A DNA stretch of 64,000 nt from Octopus vulgaris. Taxonomy: Eukaryota. The notes below the pieces were generated by a model. That model was not told the origin of the DNA. It did no database searches and saw nothing but the letters and a program-made list of their open reading frames with translations. The DNA lies in NCBI GenBank assembly GCA_951406725.2, contig OX597837.1, forward strand, positions 22,940,001 through 23,004,000, read 5' to 3'. This document shows positions 37,571 to 49,988 of the stretch, piece by piece. The translations under genes and the position numbers were made by a program. Position 1 is the first letter of the stretch; each line of letters opens with the position of its first letter.

Positions 37571-38057
37571 CTTTTCTACAAGCTTTGTTTTTCTAATACC
37601 TTTCCCAAATTGGTCATTTTTATTTACAATGAAAATCATTTTCATTAATAAGTGGACAATGCTACTGGACATTTCATCACCACTACTTCGAAGATACTGG
37701 TTCATTCTTGCTCTCCCCTAAATGTGAGTAGCCATGTAGCTGCTCCTCTACAATATTAACCAGCTCTTACCCATTGCTTTCCCTCATACCTTAAAACCAT
37801 CACCTCACATAGAGATGCTCCTACCATCTCCTTGAATTTTGTAGACCTGCAAGCTGTATGGCAACCTCACTACTACCAGTGGCATGAGAAAAAAAAACAC
37901 TCAGTACACACTGTAAAGTGGTTGGCATAAGGAAGGACATCCAGCTGTAGAAACCCTGCCAAAAGACACCTTAGAGCACAAGGCAGTTTTTGGACCCACT
38001 GGATTCTGTCAAACTGTTCAACCCATGCCAGCAGGAAACATGAAATGATGATGAGGG

Positions 38058-38415
38058 TCAGTCATTTAACTGTGGCCACACTGGAGCACTGCCTTTAGTC
38101 CAACAAATTGACACCAGGACTTATTCTTTGTAAGCCTAGTACTTATTCTATCATTCCTTTTGCCGAACCGCTAAGTTATGGGGACATAAACACACCAACA
38201 TTAGTTGTCAAGTGATGGTGGGGAGACAGACACAGACACACAAACATATATACGATGGGCTTCTTTCACTTTCCCTCTACCAAATCTACTCACAAGGCTT
38301 TGGTTGGCCCAAAGCTATAGTAGAAGACACTAGCCTAAGGTGCCATGCAGTGGGACTGAACCCGGAACCATGTAGTTGGTAAGCAAGCTTCTTACCACAC
38401 AGCTACTCCTGTGCC
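38058..38415 (-). mobile_element. Family-A SINE
   Basis: Consensus match. Confidence 0.85.
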
Positions 38416-39052
38416 TATATGTATATGCACACACATACATAGTAGATAAAAGAAAATACATCCTTTTCAACATAAATATAAACAATAATGGAATGATCCT
38501 GCCAGCCACTGATGGTAATTAGGAGAAAAAAATCAGGCTTTACAAAAAAAAAAAAAAATTGTCAGTAAATTGTGTTTATTGGGTAATTAGATACTGGATT
38601 AATAGACCATTTCCGTATTGGTTTCAAATTTTGGCATAAGGCCAGCAATTTCAGGGGAGGAGATAAGTTGATTACATTGACCCCTGTGTTCAACTGGTAC
38701 TTATTTTACCAACTCCAGACGGATGAAGGGCAAAATGGACCTCAGCAGAATTTGAACTCAGAAATTAAGACAGACGAAATGCCATTAAGCATTCTGTCCA
38801 GTATACTAATGATTATGCTAATTTGCCACCTTAACCTTTATGGTAGCATTAAACATACAACTACTGTTGTGTTTGTATAGTTGTAGTAAATTGGTGAGGA
38901 AGCCTTTATGTGGTCCCCTAACTTTTCTAGAAATAGAAGCTAAATCTCTCTCTCTCTCATATGCAATCATCTTACAAATTGAAGGACACACTGGATAATG
39001 TAATCCTAGATATACTGCGACTGATAAAAAGAAGGGACAGATAAAAATTGAA

Positions 39053-39265
39053 GGCGGCGAGTTAGCAGAAACATTAGCACGCCAGGCGAAATGCTTAGCG
39101 GTAGTTCTGAGTTCAAATTCCGCCGAGGTCGACTTTGCCTTTCATCCTTTTGGGGTTAATAAATTAAGTACCAGTTACGCAGTGGGGTCGATGTAATCGA
39201 CTTAATACCTTTGTCTGTCCTTGTTTGTCTCCTCTATGTTTAGCCCCTTGTGGGCAATAAAGAAA
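39053..39265 (+). mobile_element. Young family-B SINE
   Basis: ggcggcgagttagcagaa...agccccttgtgggcaataaagaa; flanking duplication ataaaaagaagggac. Confidence 0.85.
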
Positions 39266-39741
39266 TAAAAAGAAGGGACGGTCAAGATGGAAATGTTTTG
39301 ACCACGGGTCTGCTTGATTTCTAAGAAGACATTGAGCTAAGCAACGTCAACAAACCGAGTCACAACTACTAAATTTATTCAGTTGTAATTATAAACCACT
39401 AATGATGATGATGATGACAATGATGATGATGATGGTGATGACAAAGGAAACAAAGAAAGAAGATTAAATACATTTTCACCGGACCACTTGATGAGCAAGT
39501 CATACAACAATTGCTAGCTTATGGCCAAACTAACAATGGAGATCGTTGCAATCCTCATTGAAACGGGATGACGGTAATCAATAGGGAATAGGTGAACAAT
39601 CTTACTGTTAGCCAATCAATAGGTAATATAGGAAAAAGTGTGAGGTATGAAGACAGGTAAGTTCACAACTTACGAACAATACTGTTATGAAACTGATCAA
39701 TAGTTTGATAAAACTAACAATTCATTATTATTGTCTTTATT

Positions 39742-40330
39742 AAGGCAGTGAGCTGGCAGAATCGTTACTGTATCAGGCAAAATGTCCACTGAAGTCCACT
39801 TTGCCTTTCAACATTTCAGGGTCAGTAAAATAAGGACCAGTTGAACACTGGGGTCGTTGTAATTGTCTTAGCTCCTCTCCTGAAATTGTGGGTCTTGCGT
39901 CAAAATTTGAAACCCTTATTATCATTATTAAGGTGGTGAGCTGGCAGAATCGTTAGTGTATCAGGCAAAATGTCCACTGAAGTCCACTTTGCCTTTCAAC
40001 ATTTCAGGGTCAGTAAAGTAAGGACCAGTTGAACACTGGGGTCGTTATATTTGTCTTAGCTCCTCTCCTGAAATTGCGGGTCTTACGTCAAAATTTGAAA
40101 CCCTAATTATCATTATTAAGGTGGTGAGCTGGCAGAATTGCTACAGTACCAGGCAAAATGTTAAGCACCATTTTTCCCATCTTTGCATTTTGTGTTCAAA
40201 TCCCACTGTGGTCAATTTGCCTTTCATCCTTTCAGAGTTGATGCTAAGCATACCAGTCAAGCACTGCAGTCAGTGTCAGTGACTATCTCCCCACCAAAAT
40301 TTTCCGGTCTTGTGCTTATCATAGAAAGGA
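39742..40330 (+). repeat. Tandem array of old family-B SINE units (~187-bp period; first two near-identical and sharing an internal deletion)
   Basis: tgtatcaggcaaaatgtccactgaagtccactttgcctttcaacatttcagggtcagtaaa at about 39769 and 39956. Confidence 0.8.
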
Positions 40331-41935
40331 GCTTATTATCATTATTATCATTATCTTGTGCTTATTATTACTATAATTAGTAGTAGTATTAAGGTGTAAG
40401 GCAGTGAGCTGGCACAATTGCTAGCACACTGAACAAAATGCTTAGTGTTATTTCATTTATCTTTATGGTCTGAGTTCAAATACCTATTTCTTTATTATCC
40501 ACAAGGGGCTAAACACAGAGGGGACAAAAAAAGACAGACATAGGTATTAAGTCGATTACATCGACCCCAGTGCGTAACTGGTACTTAATTAATCAACCCC
40601 GAAAGGATGAAAGGAAAAGTCGACCTTGGCGGAATTTGAACTCAGAACGTAACGGCAGAGGAAATACGGCTACGAAATACCACCATGATCGACTTCAAGT
40701 AATGGGGGTTCATGTAAGTGACGAGTCCCCTCCCCGAGATTTCAAGCCTTGTGCCTATAACAGATAGAATTATTAGCAGAACCTTTAGCATGTTGGGACA
40801 AAATGCTTAGTGATATTTCTTCTGACTTTATGCTTAAGTTCAAATGCTGCTGGGACTGACACTGTCTTTCAACCTTTCAAGGTTGATAAAATAATACCAG
40901 TTGGTTTCAAATTTTGGCACAAGGCCAGCAATTTCAGGGGAGGGGATAAGTTGGTTACATCCACCCCAGTGTTCAACTGGTACTTATTTTACCAACTCCA
41001 GAAGGATGAAGGGTAAAATGGACCTCAGCAGAATTTGAACTAAAAACTTAAAGGGTTGACATAATTGACTAGTCCTCTCCCACAAAATTTCAGGCCTTAT
41101 ACACAAAGTAGAAAGGATTATTGCTATAAGTATTTCTTTGATAGTTTCATGTGAATTTATGTTGCACCTCTGTGATTCTGAGGTGTGTGCAACATTGTTT
41201 CTCTTTTTTGTGAGGATTGGAGGTGTGTAAACTCCTCCTGTTGGTGGACTGCATCAGACTGTTTTGTTGTGGGGTTTAGTTTCTTGTAATCAACTTCCCC
41301 TTCCCCTTAAAATTGCTGGCCTTGTGCCAGACTTTGAAGCAATTATTATTATATAAGGGCAACAAGCTGGTGGAATTTTTATTACATGGAATAAAATGTT
41401 TGGCAGCAGTTCTTCTAGCATTATGTTCAAGTTCCATAGAGGTAGACTTTGCTTTTTATCCTTTCAGAATTGATAAAATAAGAACCAGTTGAGAATTGGG
41501 TCCAATGAAATCAACTAGCTCCCTGTCAAAAAAAAACTTTCAAGCCTACTTACACACAAAGCTTTAATTAGCCTTGGGCTATAGAAGACACTTGCCTAAA
41601 ATGCCATGCAATGGGATTGAACCTGGAACCATGTGGTTGGGAAACAAACTTCTTATCACTAAACCATGTTTGTACCAAAATATGTGTATGTATTTGCATG
41701 TGTACACATGTGTATATTTAAGTATTGAGTCCTTCTTACAAGAAAGGAGCTGGCTCCTAACAAAGAAGCAAAGCTTTACCACTGGAATTTGAATAACAAA
41801 AACACTAGAAAAGTTTTGCATATATTTATTGTTCTGCTTACAGATTGTATTTGTAAAGTATACATTAGATGGCCACTTTCCTTGTCTATAAACCCTAACT
41901 TTTTGAAACTGTCACTTAATATTTACAAACACAGC

Positions 41936-42092
41936 CAGTGCTGTCTTGGCATTATTATAAGCCTTGGGCAAATCATTGCACTGGGTCCCATTAGTAAATA
42001 CATATATTTTGATAGCAACACACAGCATACATAGATTAGAATTGAGCCCCTAAAGGGACTTCCCAATGTGCCCATGCCTGGAGAAGGCACTG
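41936..42092. mobile_element. Short hAT-type MITE
   Basis: TIR cagtgctgtct/agaaggcactg; 8-bp TSD aacacagc/aatatagc (2 transitions). Confidence 0.6.
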
Positions 42093-42169
42093 AATATAGC
42101 CAAAAATATGAATAATAATTGATGTAAATGTGAATTTATGATCAGAGTAGAATAGCTACATGTTTTAAG

Positions 42170-42207
<38 letters not shown>

Positions 42208-42963
42208 GGAGAGAGAGAGAGAGTGTGTGTGTGTGTGTGTGTTAATATTGACATTCAATTGTTAATATAACTAAAAACTAAACAGAATATAGCTTTGAGA
42301 TGAATAATTCTCAGACAAAGTCCCTAATACTTAAATATAAAACTGAAAAAAAAAAAAGGTTTTGATTTAGAAATACTGCCCCAGTTTAATCCCTGAATAT
42401 GTTACATAAAAGAACAAAACAAAATAAAACAATAATATGCCTGTCTAATAAAGATGTTTGCTGTTATATAATATCAGACTGGTCAAAACCACCATCGACT
42501 GTCTGCCAGAAATAACTAGAGTTGTGTTAACACTTTCAAGTTTAAGATATGATAGTGTCTGGCAGGGCTACAATTTTGCTTTAGATTTACATCTCAGCTT
42601 AGCAGTCAACTGCAGTATGACAGCCACCAATCAGCTAGTTGGAAGTTCAAGACCAGCACACTTAATAGATTGTAGCTGAGATAAATGTGATGCAGAACAA
42701 GTATTGATTTCTTATGCAAACACAAACACTTAGCAATAGATTTCCTAAGAAATGAGGAGGGTAATACGCTGTGACATTCATGCCTCTGTCAGTGCTATTA
42801 CAAATGGAGTAACATTTCTTCCTCTTTTACATTGTGAGTTCAAATGCTGTTGAAGTTGATTTTGCCCTTCACTTGTTCGGGGACAATAAAATAGGTACTG
42901 GAGTTGATGGGATAGATCCTAGACCCATAACTTCAGGCCTTGTGCCAATAGAAGAAAGATTTG

Positions 42964-43192
42964 TTAACCCTTTCGTTACTGTATTTATTTTGAGATTCTC
43001 AGTGTTTCTCTCAATTATTTTAGATATAACAAAGAATTTAGTAAAATAACTTAGTTATCATTAAGCTAGTGTTAGGAACATAAATTGTGACTAAGGTTTG
43101 GTGGAAGATTTTAATTCAAAACTTATGAAGACAAGACATTTGTACTACAGAGCCAGAGCCGGTTTCAGCTGGGTTGGTAACAAAAGGGTTAA
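42964..43192. mobile_element. piggyBac-like MITE with TTAA TSD
   Basis: ttaa-ccctttcgttac...gtaacaaaaggg-ttaa; inverted sister copy at 54761-54988; older remnant at about 43828-44010. Confidence 0.85.
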
Positions 43193-44345
43193 GAGGTGCA
43201 AGCTCAATTGGATGTCTTAATGTAAAGAAATTAAAGTTGCAGAATTGACTAATGCTAACTACTTCATGGAGTTTGCTTAAGAGGCAGTCTTCATCATCAT
43301 CATCATTATTATTTAGCATCTATTTTCCATGATAGCATGGGTAGGGCCATTTGACTGGAGCTGGTAATCTGGAGAGCTGCACTGGGCTCTGGTCTGTTTG
43401 GGCTTGGTTTCTATGGTTGGATGCCCTTCGTAATGCCAACCACTACAGAGAATGTACTACATGTCTTTGATGTGTCACCAGCACATGTGCCTTTTACCTG
43501 TCACCAGCATGGGTGCCTTCTATATGTCATGGTACAGGTGCCTTTCGCATGTCACTGGCACTGACTCTGACTATAATTTCACTTAGCTTGATGTATCTTC
43601 TCAAGCATAGCAACTCACCTGTCATCACCATCATGAACACATCAGGATTGGTAGAGTGACAATCAAAATACCTTGTGGTATTTACATCCCTTTATATTTG
43701 ATATCCCTAAATCAATCAATCAAGCACTAGGGTTCATTGACTTTTGTTCCCCTCCTCCATCAACTGCACTTACGTCTGTGTTGATCCTAGAGACCCATTA
43801 CGCTAGAATTTATAATTCCTCTGATGTTTAACTCTTTTGGTACCAACCTGCCTAAAACTACCCAGGTGCTATGATACAAATTTCATGTTTTAAAGTGGTT
43901 TAAATTAAAAACTTCCATCAAAATTTCATGCCAAGTTATGTTCTAAAGAAGCTTAACAATGACCAAGATATTTTACTAAATTCTTCATTATTTTATGAAA
44001 GTTTAACGAAAACGATGGAGCTGTTAGCGCTCCACTGGCATGGGTGCCAGTCATCGAATTTAGTTCAATTTCGATTTTACTTGCCCCAAAAGGTCTTTGC
44101 AAATGTCCAACGAAGATGAAATTAAATGTCTTGCTCAAGGATGCAATGCATCACAAATTTTGAAAATTGAACCCATGACCTTACAGTTGTGGGTCCAACA
44201 ACCAATCCACTGTGTTAGATGCCTTAGCAAGTGCTTGACATGTAAGAACTTAATATAATATAATTATTGTTATCTTACATGGATAGAAGTTCTCTCATTT
44301 TCAGAAGGGAATTGTTGATTATATTAACACCAGATGATTATATTA

Positions 44346-44577
44346 AGGTGGCCAGCTGGCAGAATTGTTAGCACACCGGGTGAAATGCTTAGCTGTAATT
44401 CGTCTGCCGCTACGTTCTGAGTTCAAATTTCGCCGAGGTCGACTTCGCCTTTCATCCTTTTGGGGTCGATAAATTAAGTACCAGTTACGCACTGGGGTCG
44501 ATGTAATTGACTTAACCCCTTTGTCTGTCCTCGTTTGTCCCCTCTGTGTTTAGCCCCTTGTGGGTAGTAAAGAAATA
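44346..44577 (+). mobile_element. Young family-B SINE nested in an older minus-strand family-B copy
   Basis: Flanking duplication atattaacaccaga / atatcaacaccaga. Confidence 0.85.
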
Positions 44578-45611
44578 TATATCAACACCAGACCTTGGAA
44601 AGATGAAAAGCAAAGTTGATCCTGGAAAGATTTGAACTCAAAACGTAAAGAGCCAGAACACATACCATAGATTCTGGAATCAGTTGCAGACCAGTTGTAA
44701 GTAGGATTCAATGTTATAATTAATAATTTGAAGCTCAAATCTTATTGAGAGTTTGAAAAGAAAAGATGAAGAAAAAATATAAAAAGATAGAAAGCTGCTG
44801 TTTTGTTTTTCTGTCCAAAGGGTTTTTAACCTAATGAATTATAAACTAATATTTATAGCCAACTTTGCTTCAAGATACATCATTAATAAAGACACATTTA
44901 GATATTTCTAGCTGTTTCTATATTTGCATTCTAATTACAATAAACATTTCTTTTAAAAAAAAGACATTTCGTTGGTGAGAAAGAAACAACATTTGTTGAG
45001 GAAGTGATAAAAACAAACTGAGAAATCAGAAAGAAGTCTGAGAATTAAATTAGACCAGTAGAACAGTTAGATATTATTTGGTGTGTAAGGTTGATTAAAT
45101 AGTTTTCTTTGTTGTGTGAAGAAGCAAGCCTTACAGTAATGTTTCATTTGAGATTTTGAAAACCAAGTTGAATAACGGCAAATATTTATTCATTCATTTG
45201 GTTCTTTTTCTATCAAATTAGTCTGTTGATTTAGTAAGTTAAGAAAATCAGATTAGCTGATGGAAGGATAATAAAAGTAATTATCAAATAACGAGATGAT
45301 AAGCAAAGCTTTGTTAATTTTAAACTAATTACAAAACTTTGAAAGCAACTGAGTTGCTGCTGAAGTAAGAAACAATGCCAGAATTGACAGTTGAAGGTGA
45401 TAAAGGATTGTGTTTTTGGTGTGTCAAATTAAGGGTTGTTATAATTAATGTTTCATCTTAAATGTCAATGAAGAAATTCAATACCAGACTGGTTATTCAG
45501 CTTCCAGATGTTCAAAATTTACAGAAATCTAGGAATTTTGTGCAGTTCTGTTCAATATACTGTACTCTTGTCTTAGGTAAATAGTCCCTGCTCTGCATAT
45601 CGGTTAATTTA

Positions 45612-45908
45612 AAGGTACATGGCTTAGTGTTTAGGGTATTCAGCTCATGATTGTAAAAGTGTGAGTTTGATTCCCAGTGACATGTTGTGTCCTTGAGCAA
45701 AACACTTCATTTCACATGGCTCCAGTCCACTGTTATTCAAAGGGCCAGCCATGTCACATTGTGTCACACTGAATCTCCTTGAGAACTACATGAAAGGTAC
45801 AAGTGTCAGTGGAGAGCTCAACCATTTACATGTTAATTTCATGAGCAGTTTGTTCTGTTGATTGGATCAACTAGAACAACCCCCATTACCATAACTGACA
45901 GAGAGCCA
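45612..45908 (+). mobile_element. Old SINE with the head/core of the 3800-4132 type and the tail of the 674-996 type
   Basis: tggcttagtgtttaggg...tgtgtccttgagcaaaacacttcatttcac, then ttcaaagggccagcc.tgtcac...gagaactac. Confidence 0.65.
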
Positions 45909-46494
45909 GGAGGCGGGCTGTGTGGAAATTGTATACAGTGTATTAAAAATAGTTTTGTTCTTAACTTTCCTATGTGGATTGATAAATATTGGTTTTAAAT
46001 TTTGGCACAAAACTGATCATTTCAGGGAGGGGATAAGTTGATTACATCGACCCCAGTATTCAACTGGTATTTATTTAATTGCCCATGATGGGATGAAGGC
46101 GGCAGAGGAAAGATAGTAGACGCTATCAAACGACATTATAGAGAGGAAGTAAAAGGAAGGGAAGAAAGAGAGAGAGAGAGAGAGAAAGAGAAATGGAGGA
46201 AGACAGGCAGATAAAAGAATGAGAGGAGACTTGTCAAAGTGTGTGTTTTTTGCCCTAGCAATGACACCTTTTAAGATAGGGATTTCTAGCCCACTCGCAT
46301 CCTCACCTCATTTTACATGTCCCTGTAAATTTTGGAGTCAATCCGACGAGATCTAGTGGCCTCGGCAGAGTTTGAACTCTGAATGTAAAGACGAATGAAA
46401 TGTTGCTAAGCATTTTGTCCAGCATTCTAATGATTCTGCTGACTTGCTGCTTTTGGAATGGTAAATATCAGACATGCTCTGTTTCAGATATTCT

Positions 46495-47155
46495 TGTATT
46501 CTTTTACTTGTTCCAGTCATTTGACTGTGGCCATGCTGGAGCACTGCCTTAAAGGGATTTTGTCAACAAAATTGACCTCAGGATTTATTCTTTGTAAGTC
46601 TAATACTTATTCTATCAGTCTCTTTTGCCAAACCACTAGGTTACGGGGATGTAAATACACCAATGTTGGTTGTCAAGTGATGGTGGGAGGACAAACACAG
46701 ACACAAACACATAAATATATGCTCATATATATATAGATATATGTGATGGGCTTCTTTCAGTTTCCATCTACCAAATCCATTTACAAGGCTTTGGTTGGCC
46801 TGAGGCTATAGTAGAAGACACTTGCCCAAGGTGCCACACAATGGGACTGAACCCAAAATCATGTGGTTGGGAAGCAAGTTTCTTATTTCTTTATTGCCTA
46901 CAAGGGGCTAAACATAGAGGGGATAAACAAGGACAGACAAAGGGATTAAGTCAATTACATCGACACCAGTGCATAACTGATACTTAATTTATTGACCCCA
47001 AAAGGATGAAAGGGAAAGTCGACCTCGGCGGAATTTGAACTCAGAACGTAGCGGCAGACGAAATACTGCTAAACATTTCGCCCAACGTGCTAACGTTTCT
47101 GCCTGCTCGCCACCTTTGTTAAGCAAGTTTCTTAATACACAGCCACACCTGAGCC
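46495..47155 (-). mobile_element. Family-A SINE interrupted by a family-B SINE (about 46885-47114)
   Basis: 14-bp duplication aagcaagtttctta on both sides of the inner element. Confidence 0.85.
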
Positions 47156-47403
47156 TATATGTATTAATTTGTACTGGTATCTATTAAATAAAACCATGTT
47201 CTTTACTTTTCTTCATTTAATTTTCATCCTATAAACATTATACAGCATACATGATACAGTACAATCTATTTTAAGAATGTTTAAGTATCCTAATAAATAT
47301 CAAACAGGTCCTGTTTTAGAAGTGTATTCATTTGAATCAGTTAAATGCAATTTAGCTCTTCACTTTTCATAGTTTATTTTGTATTTTAAGTATATATATA
47401 TAT

Positions 47404-47864
47404 AGACTCCCAGGAGAGAAGGTTGGAGAAGTATGCAGTAATATACATCTGGAAGGTCCTTGAAGGAATTGTGCCAAATTTTGGTACTGAAAGCTACACC
47501 AATGCCGGACGGGACGATACTGCATAGTGCCAAAGATCCCAGCAACGCCATCGCACTTCAGGACCAGTTACTGCAACAGCCTGGGTTTCAGAGGCCCACA
47601 GCTTTTAATATTTGCCCAAAGAGCCTGAAAAACCTGCACAAAGTAGATGTAGGCATTTTAAAATCAAAGCTGGTCTTCTTCCTGTCGAGAGTCCCAGATG
47701 AACCTAACTCACGGCAAGAGGTGCAAATGAGGGTAGCTACATCAAACTCCATTCTTCACCAAGTGCCACATATTGGAGGAGGCTCTCAGTAGTAACAGTG
47801 TAGCAAAATGGTGGTGCATCAGCATGGCCGTAGCTCTGAGCTGAAACTACAGAAAAAAAAAAAA
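47404..47864 (+). mobile_element. CR1-group LINE 3' end with hairpin tail and A-run
   Basis: ERRLEKYAVIYIWKVLEGIVPNFG...FNICPKSLKNL..KSKLVFFLSRVPDEP..ATSNSILHQ; 3'UTR ggtggtgcatcagcatggccgtagctctgagctgaaacta. Confidence 0.85.
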
Positions 47865-48519
47865 GACTGTCTCCAGAAAACTGAAAAATCCAGAAATCCA
47901 GGACACCTCTGGTTCTTAGCTTGCTGGATAATTGTTCCAGTACTGTATTTTGGTTTTAGTTCCATCAATTTTCTATAAACACATCTCTGTCTTGAGTAAA
48001 TCGAAGGGTTAAACTTTCTTATTCAAAACAAAGATATTCCAGATGAATATTTCAGCTTTTTAATTTTGCCTTTCTTGCAAGATAATATATTTTCAAAGAA
48101 CCCCAAGAGAAAGCATAAATCAATTCTAAATTATGCGAAATTTTACTCTGTAGAGATATCAATATATGAACCAGCCAGATTTTATATTCAAGTCTCATTA
48201 ATCAATTAGTGTATTGGGTTGGCTTACTTTTATCACCTTTTCCTTTAACATACATTTTCCATTCTTGTTTTTTTTTTATTTATTTAAACCCTTCCTTTTG
48301 CACTTGCTAACATACCCATTCCATAAATTATCTAAATATAGCTGATTCACTTGGAATATTATCAAAGTTTTAACTGTATTTATTAGTGGCTTTCAACAAT
48401 GAAGTTAAGTTTACTTCACAAAACTTCAGTTGTTTACAAAATTTCACAAGATGAAAGCTAAGCTAATTAACTGTTACATATTTTTATTTATTTTATATGT
48501 ATCTATTTCTCTTTTATTT

Positions 48520-48722
48520 TTCTCTTTTACTTGTTTCAGTCATTTGTCTGTGGCCATGCTGGAGCACCACCTTTAATCGAGCAACTCGACCCCGGGACTT
48601 ATTCTTTGTAAGCCCAGTACTTATTCTACTGGTCTCTTTTGCCGAACCGCTAAGTAACGGGGACATAAACACACCAGCATCGGTTGTCAAGCAATGCTAG
48701 GGGGACAAACACACACATACAT

Positions 48723-48765
<43 letters not shown>

Positions 48766-49988
48766 CATATATACGATGAGCTTTCAGTTTCCGTCTACCA
48801 AATCCAGTCACAAGGCTTTGGCCAGCCCGAGGCTATAGTAGAAGACACTTGCTCAAGGTGCCATGCAGTGGGACTGAACCCAGAACCATGTGGTTGGTAA
48901 GCAAGCTACTTACCACACAGCCACTCCTGTGCCTTTATTTATTTATTTAGAGAGAGAGAGAGATGGATGGATGGATGGATGGTTGGATGGATGGATGGAT
49001 GGATGGATGGTTGGATGGATGGATAGATGGCTGGCTGGCTGGATAGATAGATGAAAAGATGGATAGATAGATGAATGGATACATAGATAGGTAAATATAG
49101 ATAGATAGATATTAAAATTGATTTTGTTGTGTGAAATTTGTCACAATTTAGTACTGTCAGCAAAATGTACTGGAAATGTGGGTAATATTTGATGATAGAT
49201 TTCATATTAAGCTACCATTTCATTGTTTCATGTACCCATTTCAAATACTGGGTCTTTAACATATCAAATAACTCATCCTTTATCCCAATACTGGTTTATA
49301 CCCACTAGACCTGCTAGAAACAGCAGCCAAAAATCTCCCTCAAATATTCTGCTATCTTATGCAGAGGAAGGATGCATTAGACGATGTCTTAAAAATACCC
49401 TTTAAAAAAGGCAGGACCGTCTCGGGTGAAATGCCTTTGAAATAGGTTTGCTCAAAATGGGTTAACTTGAGGTGAATCAGCAACAGAACTCCTTCACGCC
49501 CTTGGACAACTCCAGCAAATCATCATTCAGGGTGTGCTCTGTGTTTTTAACATACTAAATCTCTCTAGAGAAGTTTCTTTGAGATAAATATTACAGCCAA
49601 CACCATTCTGTATTTGTATACTCTTTTATTCATTTTTTACTCTTTTACTCGTTTCAGTCATTTGAATGCGGCCATGCCGGAGCACCGCCTTTAATCGAGC
49701 AACTTGAACCTGGGACTTATTCTTTTGTAAGCCCAGTACTTATTCTATCGGTCTCTTTTGCCGAACCGCTAAGTAACAGGGACATAAACACACCAGTATC
49801 GGTTGTCAAGCAATGCTAGGGGCACAAACACAGACACACAAACACACACACATACATATATATATATATACATATATACGACAGGCTTCTTTCAGTTTCC
49901 GTCTACCATATCCACTCACAAGGCTTTGGTCGGCCCGAGGCTATAGTAGAAGACACTTGCCCAAGGTGCCATGCAGTGGGACTGAACT
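48520..49988 (-). mobile_element. Two family-A SINEs (48520-48932, 49630-49988) with (GGAT)n at about 48963-49025
   Basis: Consensus match. Confidence 0.85.

Noticed and set aside
46450-46480. Minus-strand YLPFQK resembling the next tomosyn exon (HLPFQSKW)
   Set aside because: The match is only four residues with no KWLY/GTE continuation, and it lies between SINE remnants.
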